From Verrucomicrobiota bacterium JB025 (GTDB lineage: Bacteria; Verrucomicrobiota; Verrucomicrobiia; Verrucomicrobiales; Akkermansiaceae), in assembly GCA_030673875.2 (NCBI GenBank), contig JAUTCT020000132.1, forward strand, positions 29,080-93,079: DNA of 64,000 bases. Direction: 5' to 3'. The notes below the pieces were generated by a model. It did not search any database. It was not told the DNA's origin and saw only the letters and a list, made by a program, of their open reading frames with translations. How positions within the stretch are numbered: position 1 is the stretch's first letter; each line of letters starts with the position of its first letter. Positions 41,661 through 50,996 of the stretch are shown in pieces. The position numbers were made by a program, and so were the translations under genes.

Positions 41661-42965
41661 ATGACCGCCCGCATCCGGCTCGCCACCGTCTACCTTGCCA
41701 GTCTCGCCAGCGCCTTTGCCGCGCCGAAGCCCGCCATGCGTGACTTCATGGGCCTGAACGGCCACACCGTTCAGTTCAAACCGGAGCTTTACACGCCAGT
41801 CGCCGGCCACGTCAGGGACTACCACCCGGTCTCATGGGACCTCGGCAATGACACCGCAATCCTCCCCCCGTTTCCCTCCGCCAAAAACAAGGTGAATTGG
41901 AGAAGCGTATACGGCTCGTGGAAAAACGCCGGGTGGTCCACCAACGCATGCCTCACGCTCAATCGGCTCTCCGCGGCCGACTGGAAGAACATCGAGTCCG
42001 ATTCACGTTCCTACGCCACCGCCTTCGCCCGCCAGTTCGGCCCGTCTTCCTCCAATCCGCTCGTCAGTTCCGTCGAGATCGGCAACGAACCCGGCACATG
42101 GTCCGATGAGGACTACTCCCGGATCTTCCGCTCCATGGCCACCGGAATCCGCGAGGCCGACCCCAAACTCAAAATCGCCACCTGCAATATCAACGCCCGC
42201 AAAAGCGGCAAATACCACAAAACCGTCGATTGCGTCGCATTCATGCCGGACCTCGTCGACGTCCTCACCATCCACAGCTACCCGCAACTCGAAGGCTGGC
42301 CGACATGGAAACGCAGCTTTCCCGAGGACCCCAAACTCACGAAGTTCCTCCCGGACATTACCGACCTCTGCTCATGGCGGGACAAACACATGCCCGGCAA
42401 ACCCGTCTGGATCACCGAGTTCGGATACGACAGCACCACCAAACCCAACAACAAATCCGGCACCTTCGCCAAATGGCAAGGCGTTTCCGACAAACAGCAA
42501 GCCCAATGGCTCGTCCGATCCTTCCTCATCTTCTCCTCCCTCCCCGTCGACCGCGCCTACCTCTATTTCTTCAACGACTCCGACAAACCAAGCGTCCATG
42601 CCAGCTCAGGCCTCACCCGGGATTTCAAACCAAAGCCCTCGTTTCACGCCGTCTCACATCTTTACAACACCCTCGGTGACTACCGCTTCGAACGCATCGT
42701 CAAAACCGACTCCGCGCAACTCCGCGCGCACGACTACCGCCACTCCAGAAATCCGAAACTCAGAATCCGCGTCTGCTGGACCGCCACCGGAAACGACACA
42801 CCACTGACGACCGAATTCAACGGAGTTTCCGGAAAACTCGTCTCGTCATCCCGCATGCCCCTCGATGAAAAACCCGTCCCCGGAGGCGCCACACAACCCC
42901 ATCCGGGAACAATCCACCTCACCGCCACCGGCAGCCCCCTCTACCTCATGCTGGAAGCGGAATGA
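41661..42965 (+). CDS. Secreted putative clan GH-A glycoside hydrolase, family unassigned
   Basis: Signal peptide, VEIGNEPG (acid/base), TIHSY and VWITEFGYD (nucleophile). Confidence 0.75.
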   Translation: MTARIRLATVYLASLASAFAAPKPAMRDFMGLNGHTVQFKPELYTPVAGHVRDYHPVSWDLGNDTAILPPFPSAKNKVNWRSVYGSWKNAGWSTNACLTLNRLSAADWKNIESDSRSYATAFARQFGPSSSNPLVSSVEIGNEPGTWSDEDYSRIFRSMATGIREADPKLKIATCNINARKSGKYHKTVDCVAFMPDLVDVLTIHSYPQLEGWPTWKRSFPEDPKLTKFLPDITDLCSWRDKHMPGKPVWITEFGYDSTTKPNNKSGTFAKWQGVSDKQQAQWLVRSFLIFSSLPVDRAYLYFFNDSDKPSVHASSGLTRDFKPKPSFHAVSHLYNTLGDYRFERIVKTDSAQLRAHDYRHSRNPKLRIRVCWTATGNDTPLTTEFNGVSGKLVSSSRMPLDEKPVPGGATQPHPGTIHLTATGSPLYLMLEAE

Positions 42966-42981
42966 ACCCGGGACACCGCCC

Positions 42982-44595
42982 CTAGAACCTCCTGAGCACG
43001 GTATCCGTGCGATAACGGTCCAGCGTCTCCGGATAGTCCGCCGTGTAATGCAGCCCGCGCGACTCCTTGCGCCGCAGCGCGCACTCGACGATCAGGCTCG
43101 CCGTCGCCACCAGATTCCGCAGCTCCAGGATGTTCGCATTCACCCGGTGCCCCCAGTAAAACTCACGCACCTCCTTTTTCAGGTTCTTCAATCGCGCCGC
43201 CGCACGCCGCAGCCGGTTGTCCGTCCGCACGATCGATACGTAGTCCCACATCAGGCGCCGGATCTCGTCCCAGTTGTGATAGATCACCACCAACTCATCC
43301 GGCGGCGCGGTATCGCCGTGCTCCCAATCCGGAATGTCGAGCGGCTTCGCCACCGACTTGCTTGGAGAATAGAGCCGCATCATTTCATCCACCGCACGCC
43401 GCGCCACCACCGCGGCCTCCAGCAACGAGTTTGACGCCAGCCGGTTCGCCCCGTGCAGCCCCGTGCAGGCCGCCTCACCCACCACATACAGCCCCCGGAT
43501 CGTCGACTTGCCGTTCACATCGGTGACCACCCCGCCGCACTGATAGTGCGCGGCCGGGACCACCGGAATCGGCTCCTTCTCACAATCCAGCCCGAACTTC
43601 ATCAAGGTCTCGTAAATATAGGGAAACCGCTCCGACATGAACCCCTTCGGCTTGTGCGTCACGTCCAGATACACGCAGGACGCACCGGTCCGCTTCAACT
43701 CGCGGTCGATCGCCCTCGCCACAATGTCGCGCGGCGCCAGCGACCCCCGCTCGTCACTCTGCTTCGTGAAATCCTCGCCCTTCGCGTTGACCAGCACCCC
43801 GCCCTCTCCGCGCACCGCCTCACTCACCAGAAACGACCTCGCCTCCGGCCCCGTCGCACCCGGGTTGTAAAAACACGTCGGGTGAAACTGCACGAACTCC
43901 AGATTCGCGATCGACGCCCCCGCACGCCATCCCAGCGCCACCCCGTCACCCGTCGCCGAATCCGGATTGGTCGTGTAAAGATAGACCTTCCCGCATCCAC
44001 CGGCCGCCAGCACCACCCGGTCCGACCGGAACACCCTCACCTCACCGGTCTTTGTCTCCAGCACATACGCCCCAAGCACCCGGTCCTCCGCCACCGCCCC
44101 CAGCTTGCTGCTGGTGATCAGATCGATCACAAAATGATTCTCCAGCACCGTCAGATTCGGCGTGCGCTTCGCCTTCTCATACAAGGTCCGGATCACTTCT
44201 TTCCCCGTCGTATCCCGCGCGTGCAGGATCCGCCGGTGCGAATGCCCGCCCTCTTTCCCCAGCTGATACCGCTCCCCGTTCCGGTCGAAGGAAACCCCGT
44301 AATCAATCAGTTCGCCGATCGTTTCCTCACCCTCACTGACGATCGTCCGCACCACATCCTCCCGGCAAAGCCCGGCGCCGGCACCCAGCGTGTCCGCCAC
44401 ATGGCTCTCCTCGCTGTCCCCCTCGTCGCGCATGTCCTCGCCCAATACCGAGGCGATCCCGCCCTGCGCCCACGCCGTGTTCGACTCATACGGATCCCCC
44501 TTCGTCACCACGATCACCGAGCCGTGCTTCGCCGCCCGCAAGGCAAAGGAAAGCCCTGCGAGTCCGGCCCCTATTACCAGAAAATCCGCTGTCAT
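42982..44595 (-). CDS. nadB: L-aspartate oxidase
   Basis: VIGAGLAGL, NTAWAQGGIA, EGGHSHRRILH, QFHPT, LAPRDIVARA, AAHYQCGG, TGLHGANRLASNSLLE and ESRGLH. Confidence 0.95.
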   Translation of the reverse strand: MTADFLVIGAGLAGLSFALRAAKHGSVIVVTKGDPYESNTAWAQGGIASVLGEDMRDEGDSEESHVADTLGAGAGLCREDVVRTIVSEGEETIGELIDYGVSFDRNGERYQLGKEGGHSHRRILHARDTTGKEVIRTLYEKAKRTPNLTVLENHFVIDLITSSKLGAVAEDRVLGAYVLETKTGEVRVFRSDRVVLAAGGCGKVYLYTTNPDSATGDGVALGWRAGASIANLEFVQFHPTCFYNPGATGPEARSFLVSEAVRGEGGVLVNAKGEDFTKQSDERGSLAPRDIVARAIDRELKRTGASCVYLDVTHKPKGFMSERFPYIYETLMKFGLDCEKEPIPVVPAAHYQCGGVVTDVNGKSTIRGLYVVGEAACTGLHGANRLASNSLLEAAVVARRAVDEMMRLYSPSKSVAKPLDIPDWEHGDTAPPDELVVIYHNWDEIRRLMWDYVSIVRTDNRLRRAAARLKNLKKEVREFYWGHRVNANILELRNLVATASLIVECALRRKESRGLHYTADYPETLDRYRTDTVLRRF

Positions 44596-44689
44596 CTGCA
44601 CCGACACTGGACCCTGCCCCACCACGGAGAAAGCAAATTTCTTCCGCCCGCGTCTTGACCAGCGGCCCGCCACCCTTCACCTCTCCCGC

Positions 44690-45343
44690 ATGAGCCTCTT
44701 CATTACCGGAACCGACACCGGATCGGGGAAAACCCACGTCACCAGCCTGCTCGTCGAATCCCTCAGAACGCTTGGCATCGACGCCGTCGGCTACAAACCC
44801 GTCTCCTGCGGCGACCGCGACGACGGCGAACTGCTCGCCTCCATTTCCGGAAACCTGTCCATCGATGAGGTCAACCCGGTCTTCTTCCGCACCCCCGTCG
44901 CCCCCTACGTCGCCAGCCTGCTCGAAAGCAAACCCATCGACCCCGCCATCCTCATCGAAGGATACCGCAAACTCGCCGCAAACCACGACTTCGTCTGCGT
45001 CGAAGGCGTCGGCGGCTGGGAAGTCCCGCTCACCGCCAACTACCGCATCTCCGACCTCGCCCGCGACCTCGACCTCCCCGTCCTGCTCGTCGCCGCCAAC
45101 AAACTCGGCGCGCTCAGCCACACCCTGATCACCACCGACGCCATCCGCGCCAAGGGCCTCCACTGCGAGGGCATCATCCTCAACCAGCTCGTCGACGAAC
45201 TCGACACCGCCATGATCACCAACAAAGGCGTCCTCGAAGACCTCACCGGACTCCCCATCCTCGACCACATCATCCACGGCCAGGACTTCTTCGATCCCGA
45301 AATCGCACTCAGCCTCGCCAAACAACCCGCCGCCAACTCCTGA
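44690..45343 (+). CDS. bioD: Dethiobiotin synthase
   Basis: FITGTDTGSGKT, YKPVSCG, VEGVGGWEVP and NKLGALSHTL. Confidence 0.94.
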   Translation: MSLFITGTDTGSGKTHVTSLLVESLRTLGIDAVGYKPVSCGDRDDGELLASISGNLSIDEVNPVFFRTPVAPYVASLLESKPIDPAILIEGYRKLAANHDFVCVEGVGGWEVPLTANYRISDLARDLDLPVLLVAANKLGALSHTLITTDAIRAKGLHCEGIILNQLVDELDTAMITNKGVLEDLTGLPILDHIIHGQDFFDPEIALSLAKQPAANS

Positions 45344-45352
45344 CCCAACGGC

Positions 45353-45405
45353 AAACCGCCGGCTGGCTTCGGAGGGGGAGACGCCCAAAGCCCACTCGGC
45401 GGTTT
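45353..45405. terminator. Possible terminator / stem-loop after bioD
   Basis: Outer stem AAACCGCCG/CGGCGGTTT enclosing a 35-nt partly paired interior. Confidence 0.45.
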
Positions 45406-45467
45406 CGTGCTGTCAGTCGGGTGAACAGCGTCATATGGATACCTCCTTCCGCCGCTCCCAACCATAA

Positions 45468-45499
45468 CGTGATCACGGCCAACCCAACACGTGATCACG
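45468..45499. promoter_or_regulatory. Two copies of the perfect palindrome CGTGATCACG, 22 bp apart; candidate tandem operator
   Basis: Copies at 45468-45477 and 45490-45499, within a 13-bp direct repeat ACGTGATCACGGC, 24 nt upstream of rsmB. Confidence 0.5.
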
Positions 45500-45523
45500 G
45501 CAACCACCGGCTCAAACCACCCC

Positions 45524-46765
45524 ATGCCTGCTAAAAATTTCCACGTCCGCCAAGCCGCCGTCTCTGCCCTCAGGGCATGGGCCAAAGGCCACGACTACGC
45601 CGAAACCCTCGTCGAACGCCATGCCCAGCGCCGCATGCTCTCGTCCGCTGACCGCCACCTCCTCCAGGCCATCCTCTTCGGCGTGCTCCGCAACCGCAGG
45701 TTGCTCGACCACTGGATCGGCCGCCTCCGCAAGGGAAAACTCGACGCGGAAACCCGCGACGTCCTCCGCGTCGGCCTCTGCCAGACCCTCCTCCTCGGCA
45801 TCCCCGACCACGCCGCCGTCAACGAAACCGTCGAGGCCGGAAAAGCCAGCGTCCGCGGCCTGATCAACGCCGTCCTCCGCAAATCCATCACCACCCGGTC
45901 GCGCCTGCTCGAGGAAGTCGCCGATCTCGCCCCGACCATCGCCGAATCCCACCCGGACTGGCTGTTCAACCGCTGGAAGGCCGCCTTTGGCAAGGCCAAC
46001 GCCAAGCGCCTCATGCAGTGGAACAACCAACCCGCCGAAACCTTCTTCCGCATCAACCCGCTTGCCCCGGAAACTCCCGCCGAACTCCCGGGAAGCCCCG
46101 TCGAAAACGCCCCCGGCTTCCACCGCCTCGAAGGCCCGCTGCCCACCAGCCTCCTCGCATCCGGAGCCATCTACATCCAGGACCCCGCCACCCGCCACGC
46201 CGTCGAACTGCTCGACCCGAAACCCGGCGAACACGTGCTCGATGCCTGTGCCGCACCCGGCGGCAAAGCATTCCTCATCGCCGCCGCTCTCGGCTCCGCG
46301 GAACACCTCGTCTGCACCGACTCAAACGAAAAACGCCTGCCCCGCCTCCAGCAAAACCTCGAACGCCTCCACGCCGGAACCGCAACCGTGCATGCTCACG
46401 ACTGGACCAAACCCGCACCCGATGAGTGGCACCACTCGTTCGATGCCATCCTGCTCGACGTCCCCTGCTCAAACACCGGCGTCATGCGGCGGCGCGTCGA
46501 CCTCCGCTGGCGCCTCCAGGCACCAGACATCACCAGCATCACCGCCACCCAGCGCAAGATCCTCGAAAACGCCGTCCCCTGCCTCAAACCCGGCGGCCGC
46601 ATCGTCTATTCCACATGCTCCATCGAACCGGAGGAAAACATCGAACTGATCGAATCCTTCCTCACCGATCACCCGGATTTCCGCCTCCATTCCACCCGCC
46701 AGGCATTCCCCCACGCCGACCACACCGACGGCGCATTCGCCGCCCGCATCGAAGCCATCAGCTAA
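45524..46765 (+). CDS. rsmB: 16S rRNA m5C967 methyltransferase RsmB/Sun
   Basis: NusB-like N-terminus (AAVNETVE...INAVLR), YIQDPA, LDACAAPGGKA, LLDVPCSNTG and YSTCSIEPEEN. Confidence 0.9.
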   Translation: MPAKNFHVRQAAVSALRAWAKGHDYAETLVERHAQRRMLSSADRHLLQAILFGVLRNRRLLDHWIGRLRKGKLDAETRDVLRVGLCQTLLLGIPDHAAVNETVEAGKASVRGLINAVLRKSITTRSRLLEEVADLAPTIAESHPDWLFNRWKAAFGKANAKRLMQWNNQPAETFFRINPLAPETPAELPGSPVENAPGFHRLEGPLPTSLLASGAIYIQDPATRHAVELLDPKPGEHVLDACAAPGGKAFLIAAALGSAEHLVCTDSNEKRLPRLQQNLERLHAGTATVHAHDWTKPAPDEWHHSFDAILLDVPCSNTGVMRRRVDLRWRLQAPDITSITATQRKILENAVPCLKPGGRIVYSTCSIEPEENIELIESFLTDHPDFRLHSTRQAFPHADHTDGAFAARIEAIS

Positions 46766-46821
46766 CTATCCGCTAGCGATCAGCTAACCGGCCGACGCCA
46801 AACCGCCGAAATGCGCGCACG

Positions 46822-46854
46822 AAAAAACCGGCGCAGCCATCGTGACCGCGCCGG
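46822..46854 (-). terminator. Rho-independent terminator of the IolE-like gene
   Basis: Minus strand reads CCGGCGC-N13-GCGCCGG-TTTTTT. Confidence 0.75.
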
Positions 46855-46907
46855 CTTGAAGCCATCACCGGACGCCACTCACGCGCGCGCCCGGCACCAT
46901 CCCGGGT

Positions 46908-47951
46908 TTACTGGTTTTCCTTGTCGAAGGCCGCGTCAAACGCCACCTGGCTGGTCGGGAAATCCAGGCTGCGGACAAACGCGCACGCTTCCGTCGCCCC
47001 GTGCACCCGGTCCATCCGGATGTCCTCCCATTCGACCGACAGCGGCCCGGCGTATGCGATATCGTTGAGCGCCACGATGATGTCCTCAAACTCGACATCA
47101 CCACGACCCGGAGAACGGAAATCCCAGAAACGCGCGGCATCACCAAAGTCCGTGTGACCGCCAAACACACCCACCGAGCCATCACCGTGACCCCACCACG
47201 CGTCCTTCACGTGCACGTGGAAAATCCGGTCGCCAAACTCGCGGATGAATTTCACGTAATCCACCCCCTGATAGCCAAGGTGCGACGGATCGTAGTTGAA
47301 CCCGAATCGCTTGTGGTTCCCCACCGCGGCAAGCGCGCGCTTCGCGGAAGCAATATCAAACGCAATCTCGGTCGGGTGCACCTCCAGACCGAAGTTCACA
47401 TCCACCTTGTCAAACGCATCCAGAATCGGAATCCAGCGCTTCGCGAAATCCTTGAACCCGAGCTCGTAATACTCCTGCGTGGTCGGCGGAAACGCATAAA
47501 TCGAATGCCAGATCGACGATCCGGTGAAGCCGTTCACCGCCACCGGAAACTCATCCTTCTTGTCACGCCCGGGCTTCGCATCCATCAGCTTGCGCGCCGC
47601 TTTCGCCGTCGCAATCATCTCCTTCGCCGCACGCTTGCGAACCCCTTCGGGATCCCCGTCGCCCCAGACATCCGGGGAAAGAATCGCCTTGTGGCGCTCG
47701 TCGATGCGGTCACACACAGCCTGACCGACGAGATGATTGGAAATCGAGTAGCACGTGAGTCCGTGGTCGCACAAAAGCTCCCACTTCTCCTTCACGTAGT
47801 TCTTGCTCTTGTTGGCGGCGCTAACGTCGAAGTGATCCCCCCAGCAAGCGAGCTCAAGGCCATCATAGCCCATTTCGCTAGCCATCGGCGCGAGTTCTTC
47901 TAGCGGAAGGTCGGCCCACTGGCCGGTGAAAAGTGTAACAGGTCGTGACAT
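46908..47951 (-). CDS. Sugar phosphate isomerase/epimerase family (xylose-isomerase-like TIM barrel, IolE-like)
   Basis: [24 protein letters not shown], metal ligands LEVHPTE, YDPSH and HVHVKD, and LSVEWED. Confidence 0.85.
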   Translation of the reverse strand: MSRPVTLFTGQWADLPLEELAPMASEMGYDGLELACWGDHFDVSAANKSKNYVKEKWELLCDHGLTCYSISNHLVGQAVCDRIDERHKAILSPDVWGDGDPEGVRKRAAKEMIATAKAARKLMDAKPGRDKKDEFPVAVNGFTGSSIWHSIYAFPPTTQEYYELGFKDFAKRWIPILDAFDKVDVNFGLEVHPTEIAFDIASAKRALAAVGNHKRFGFNYDPSHLGYQGVDYVKFIREFGDRIFHVHVKDAWWGHGDGSVGVFGGHTDFGDAARFWDFRSPGRGDVEFEDIIVALNDIAYAGPLSVEWEDIRMDRVHGATEACAFVRSLDFPTSQVAFDAAFDKENQ

Positions 47952-48043
47952 GGTTGGTTCGGATTTTTTTAGGATTTAAAGTAAATGAAACTGCGGAATA
48001 TCGCCGCCCGCATCAATGCAAAAACGAGCAATCTGCCGCCGCT

Positions 48044-48877
48044 CTATCGCCTGATCTCCCGTTCCCACGCCTCCCTCAGCCGCCCGGTCAACTCGCCCGC
48101 GGCATAATCGCGGCCGTCCACCCCGCCCACCGCCACCGGCCCCCGCGTCGCCGACGTCAGAAACACCTCGTCCGCGGCCTCCAGATCACCCGCACCCAGC
48201 TCACCCTCCCGCCACGGAATCCCCAGCCTCGCCGCACACTCCAGGACCACCCCCCGCGTCACCCCCGGCAGACACCCGCAGGACAAATCCGGAGTCAGCA
48301 GCACCCCGTCCCTCACCAAAAACACATTCGCCGTCGCCGCCTCGCACAGCTGTCCCGCGCTGTTGAAAAACAATGCCTCGTCGAACCCCGCCTTCCGCGC
48401 GGCATCCAGCGCCACGACATTCTCCGCATACGAGGCACACTTCAAGCCCGCCACTGCCGACCTCTCATTGCGCGTCCACCGCGACACCGTCACCCGCAGC
48501 CGTGCCTCACCCGCCGCTCCCACGGCCCCCGCGCACATCCACACCAAGGCACCCTTCCCCCTTGCCAAATCCCCCGGCCCACCATCGCCGCCGCTCACCG
48601 CCAGCCGGATCCGGCACCTCCCCTCGGCCATCCCGTTCCTCACCAGCAACTCACCCATCGCCGCCCCGGCGGCAGCCAAATCCAACCCCGCATCACCCAG
48701 CCATCCCAAGCTCCCGCATGCCGCCCTCAACCGCTCCAAATGCCGCTCCACCAGCACCGCACGCCCGTCCACCGCCAGCAGGGTCTCAAACAACCCCAGC
48801 CCGTGCAAATGCCCGCGGTCCGTCACCGCCAGCGGAAATTCCTCCTCCTCCAACCACTCGCCGTCGCACCAAATCAC
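48044..48877 (-). CDS. Class IV PLP aminotransferase (PabC/IlvE/D-alanine transaminase family)
   Basis: HGLGLFETL, HLERL, GLKCASY (PLP Lys), EAATANVF, LPGVTR, EVFLTSA. GTG start at 48877. Confidence 0.88.
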   Translation of the reverse strand: MIWCDGEWLEEEEFPLAVTDRGHLHGLGLFETLLAVDGRAVLVERHLERLRAACGSLGWLGDAGLDLAAAGAAMGELLVRNGMAEGRCRIRLAVSGGDGGPGDLARGKGALVWMCAGAVGAAGEARLRVTVSRWTRNERSAVAGLKCASYAENVVALDAARKAGFDEALFFNSAGQLCEAATANVFLVRDGVLLTPDLSCGCLPGVTRGVVLECAARLGIPWREGELGAGDLEAADEVFLTSATRGPVAVGGVDGRDYAAGELTGRLREAWEREIRR

Positions 48878-48961
48878 CCCGCAAACCTGCCGATCCACAC
48901 CCGCCAAGTAAAGCACACAACCGGCCTTGCGCTCCTCCGTCCGCTCTCCCACCCTCCCGCC

Positions 48962-49345
48962 ATGCGCCCCGCCATCTTCCTCAGCGGCATCCTCGTCATC
49001 GGACTCGGCATCTCCGCCCTGCAAATGCTCGAAAAACAACCCGCCTTCGGCTTCTTTCAGGGAGCCATCACCCTCGGCGGCGGCTTCCTCATCTGCGGAC
49101 TCTTTTCCCTCAAAATGCACTGGCACGGAATCATCGGCGCCGGCGTGCTCGGACTCCTCGGCACCGCCCGCGGACTCGGCAATATCCCCGACCTCTTCAA
49201 ACTCGCCGCCGGCGACCACTCGCGCGGCCCCGCCCCCCTGCTCGAACTCGGCGTCACCCTGATCTCGTGCGTCATCCTCCTGCGGGTCCTGCAGGCGCTG
49301 CAACGGGAGCGGACCCGCCGGATGCTGGAGAATCAGGCGGATTGA
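48962..49345 (+). CDS. Hypothetical membrane protein (about 4 TM)
   Basis: 127-aa ORF with C-ending codon usage matching neighbouring plus-strand genes and several hydrophobic segments. Confidence 0.7.
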   Translation: MRPAIFLSGILVIGLGISALQMLEKQPAFGFFQGAITLGGGFLICGLFSLKMHWHGIIGAGVLGLLGTARGLGNIPDLFKLAAGDHSRGPAPLLELGVTLISCVILLRVLQALQRERTRRMLENQAD

Positions 49346-50795
49346 CCTCTCCCTCTCCTCCCGTCCCACCCGCATCCTCTCCCGCCGGCTCCTCATCCAC
49401 CGGCTCCGGCTCCGGCACGGCCAGCTGATCCTCCCATTCGTGCAGGGAATACCCGTCTCCCAGCCCGCCGATCTCCTGCAGCAACTCGTGGCACCGCTGC
49501 CTCCACTTCACATAGTCAGGCGGTCCCTTCTTGTCCTCCCGGCTGCGCGGAAAAACCACATAAGTCACATCCAGATCCGAGACCGGCCGGCTATACGGCG
49601 ACGCCCTCTCGTTCAACTCCTTCGCCATCCGCAACGACGCCTCACCCACCTTGAACGTCGGCCCCCCGTCACCCACAATCGCCGGATACACCTTCTTCCC
49701 GTAAACCACCACCGCATAGTCCCCCACCTTCGGCGCAAACGCGTCCCCGGAGGTCAGCAGATTGACCGGAATCACAATGAACGGATCATACTCGGCGATC
49801 AGGAAACTCCGCCACTTCATGTCCGCCACACCACGTTTCAAATACGCGATCCGGTCCCGCAGCCACTGCTTGCGCGCCGCGCTCGTCTTCGGATCATTCA
49901 ACTCCTTCGTCCCCACCTTGATCCGTTCCTCCCACCCCTTCACCATCGGGTTCGGTGTCTTCGTCCGCTTCGCCCAGCCATAGCTCGTGAACGGTTGATA
50001 GTGCGTCGACTTCACAATCTCCTCCGGCATCTCCGGCAAGCGGTCGCCGTCAGATCCATCGGACACCACATCCATCTCCGCCTGCATCAGGAACACCTTC
50101 CGCCCGTTCGGCGCCACACAGTGCAGGATCGTCTCGCAGTCATACACGTTGTGCTTCGTCAGCAACTCGTTGAGCGTGTTCGCATTCCTCCGCACCCGAT
50201 CCATCTTGTTCTGATAGAGCGCGTGGAAAAACGGCGAAACCACCGCATCCTCCAGCAACACCCCGAGTCCCGGCAGAATCTTCCCGAGATCCGGATTGCT
50301 CGCCTCCAGCCCCTCCAACCCCTCCACCGCCTTCGGCACCCGGAGACGCAACTGATAACTCGCCACATAACTCTCGTCATCCACCCGCTCCTCAGACGCC
50401 ACCCCGCCCAACTCCGTCTTCACCTCCGTCTTGAACGCAATCCCCGAGCGCAGCTTCCGCACGTCCGTCACCGTGCCGACCCGCACCGTCTCGGGCAACT
50501 CCGGCTTCCCCGCCACCTGCTTCGCCGCCTTATCCGCCGCCTCCTTCATCGCCGCCAGTTCCCGCTCGAGCTCATCCTCCATCTCCGCCCGCAACCTCGC
50601 CTCCAACTGCCTCCGCAAATCGGTCTCGTCCGCCCGCACCACCACCGGCTCAGGCGCAAACACCTCCTTCAAACCCCGCTTCAGCTTCCCCGCCAGAGGC
50701 GTGAAACCAATCACCAACGCCACAACCGCCAGAATCCCGCACCCGGCGAGAAACTTCCAACACAATCCAAGCCCGCGCTTCCCTGTATCACTCAT
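49272..50795 (-). CDS. Membrane-anchored GH75 (chitosanase-like) protein
   Basis: N-terminal TM anchor and coiled coil, then [26 protein letters not shown]...AIVGDGGP and VGEASLRMA, then a Pro/Glu/Gly-rich tail. Confidence 0.75.
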   Translation of the reverse strand: MSDTGKRGLGLCWKFLAGCGILAVVALVIGFTPLAGKLKRGLKEVFAPEPVVVRADETDLRRQLEARLRAEMEDELERELAAMKEAADKAAKQVAGKPELPETVRVGTVTDVRKLRSGIAFKTEVKTELGGVASEERVDDESYVASYQLRLRVPKAVEGLEGLEASNPDLGKILPGLGVLLEDAVVSPFFHALYQNKMDRVRRNANTLNELLTKHNVYDCETILHCVAPNGRKVFLMQAEMDVVSDGSDGDRLPEMPEEIVKSTHYQPFTSYGWAKRTKTPNPMVKGWEERIKVGTKELNDPKTSAARKQWLRDRIAYLKRGVADMKWRSFLIAEYDPFIVIPVNLLTSGDAFAPKVGDYAVVVYGKKVYPAIVGDGGPTFKVGEASLRMAKELNERASPYSRPVSDLDVTYVVFPRSREDKKGPPDYVKWRQRCHELLQEIGGLGDGYSLHEWEDQLAVPEPEPVDEEPAGEDAGGTGGEGEVNPPDSPASGGSAPVAAPAGPAGG

Positions 50796-50996
50796 CGTCG
50801 CCACTCTAGCCGGTTCCCCTCCCAAATCAACATTGGACAGCAAGTATCCCGCATCCCGGCCACCCCAGCGGCCACCCCCGACTTCCGCGCCCCGCGCCTG
50901 AGCCCCGGCACCATCGCCACCCGCCATCCGCCAATCCACAAATCCCCGCCCCCTTCCCTCTCGACACCCGCCCCGCCCCTCCCCACAATCCCCCGC

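Noticed and set aside
50796-50996. Possible SRP RNA (ffs) upstream of dnaX
   Set aside because: No helix-8 motif or long paired stem was found.
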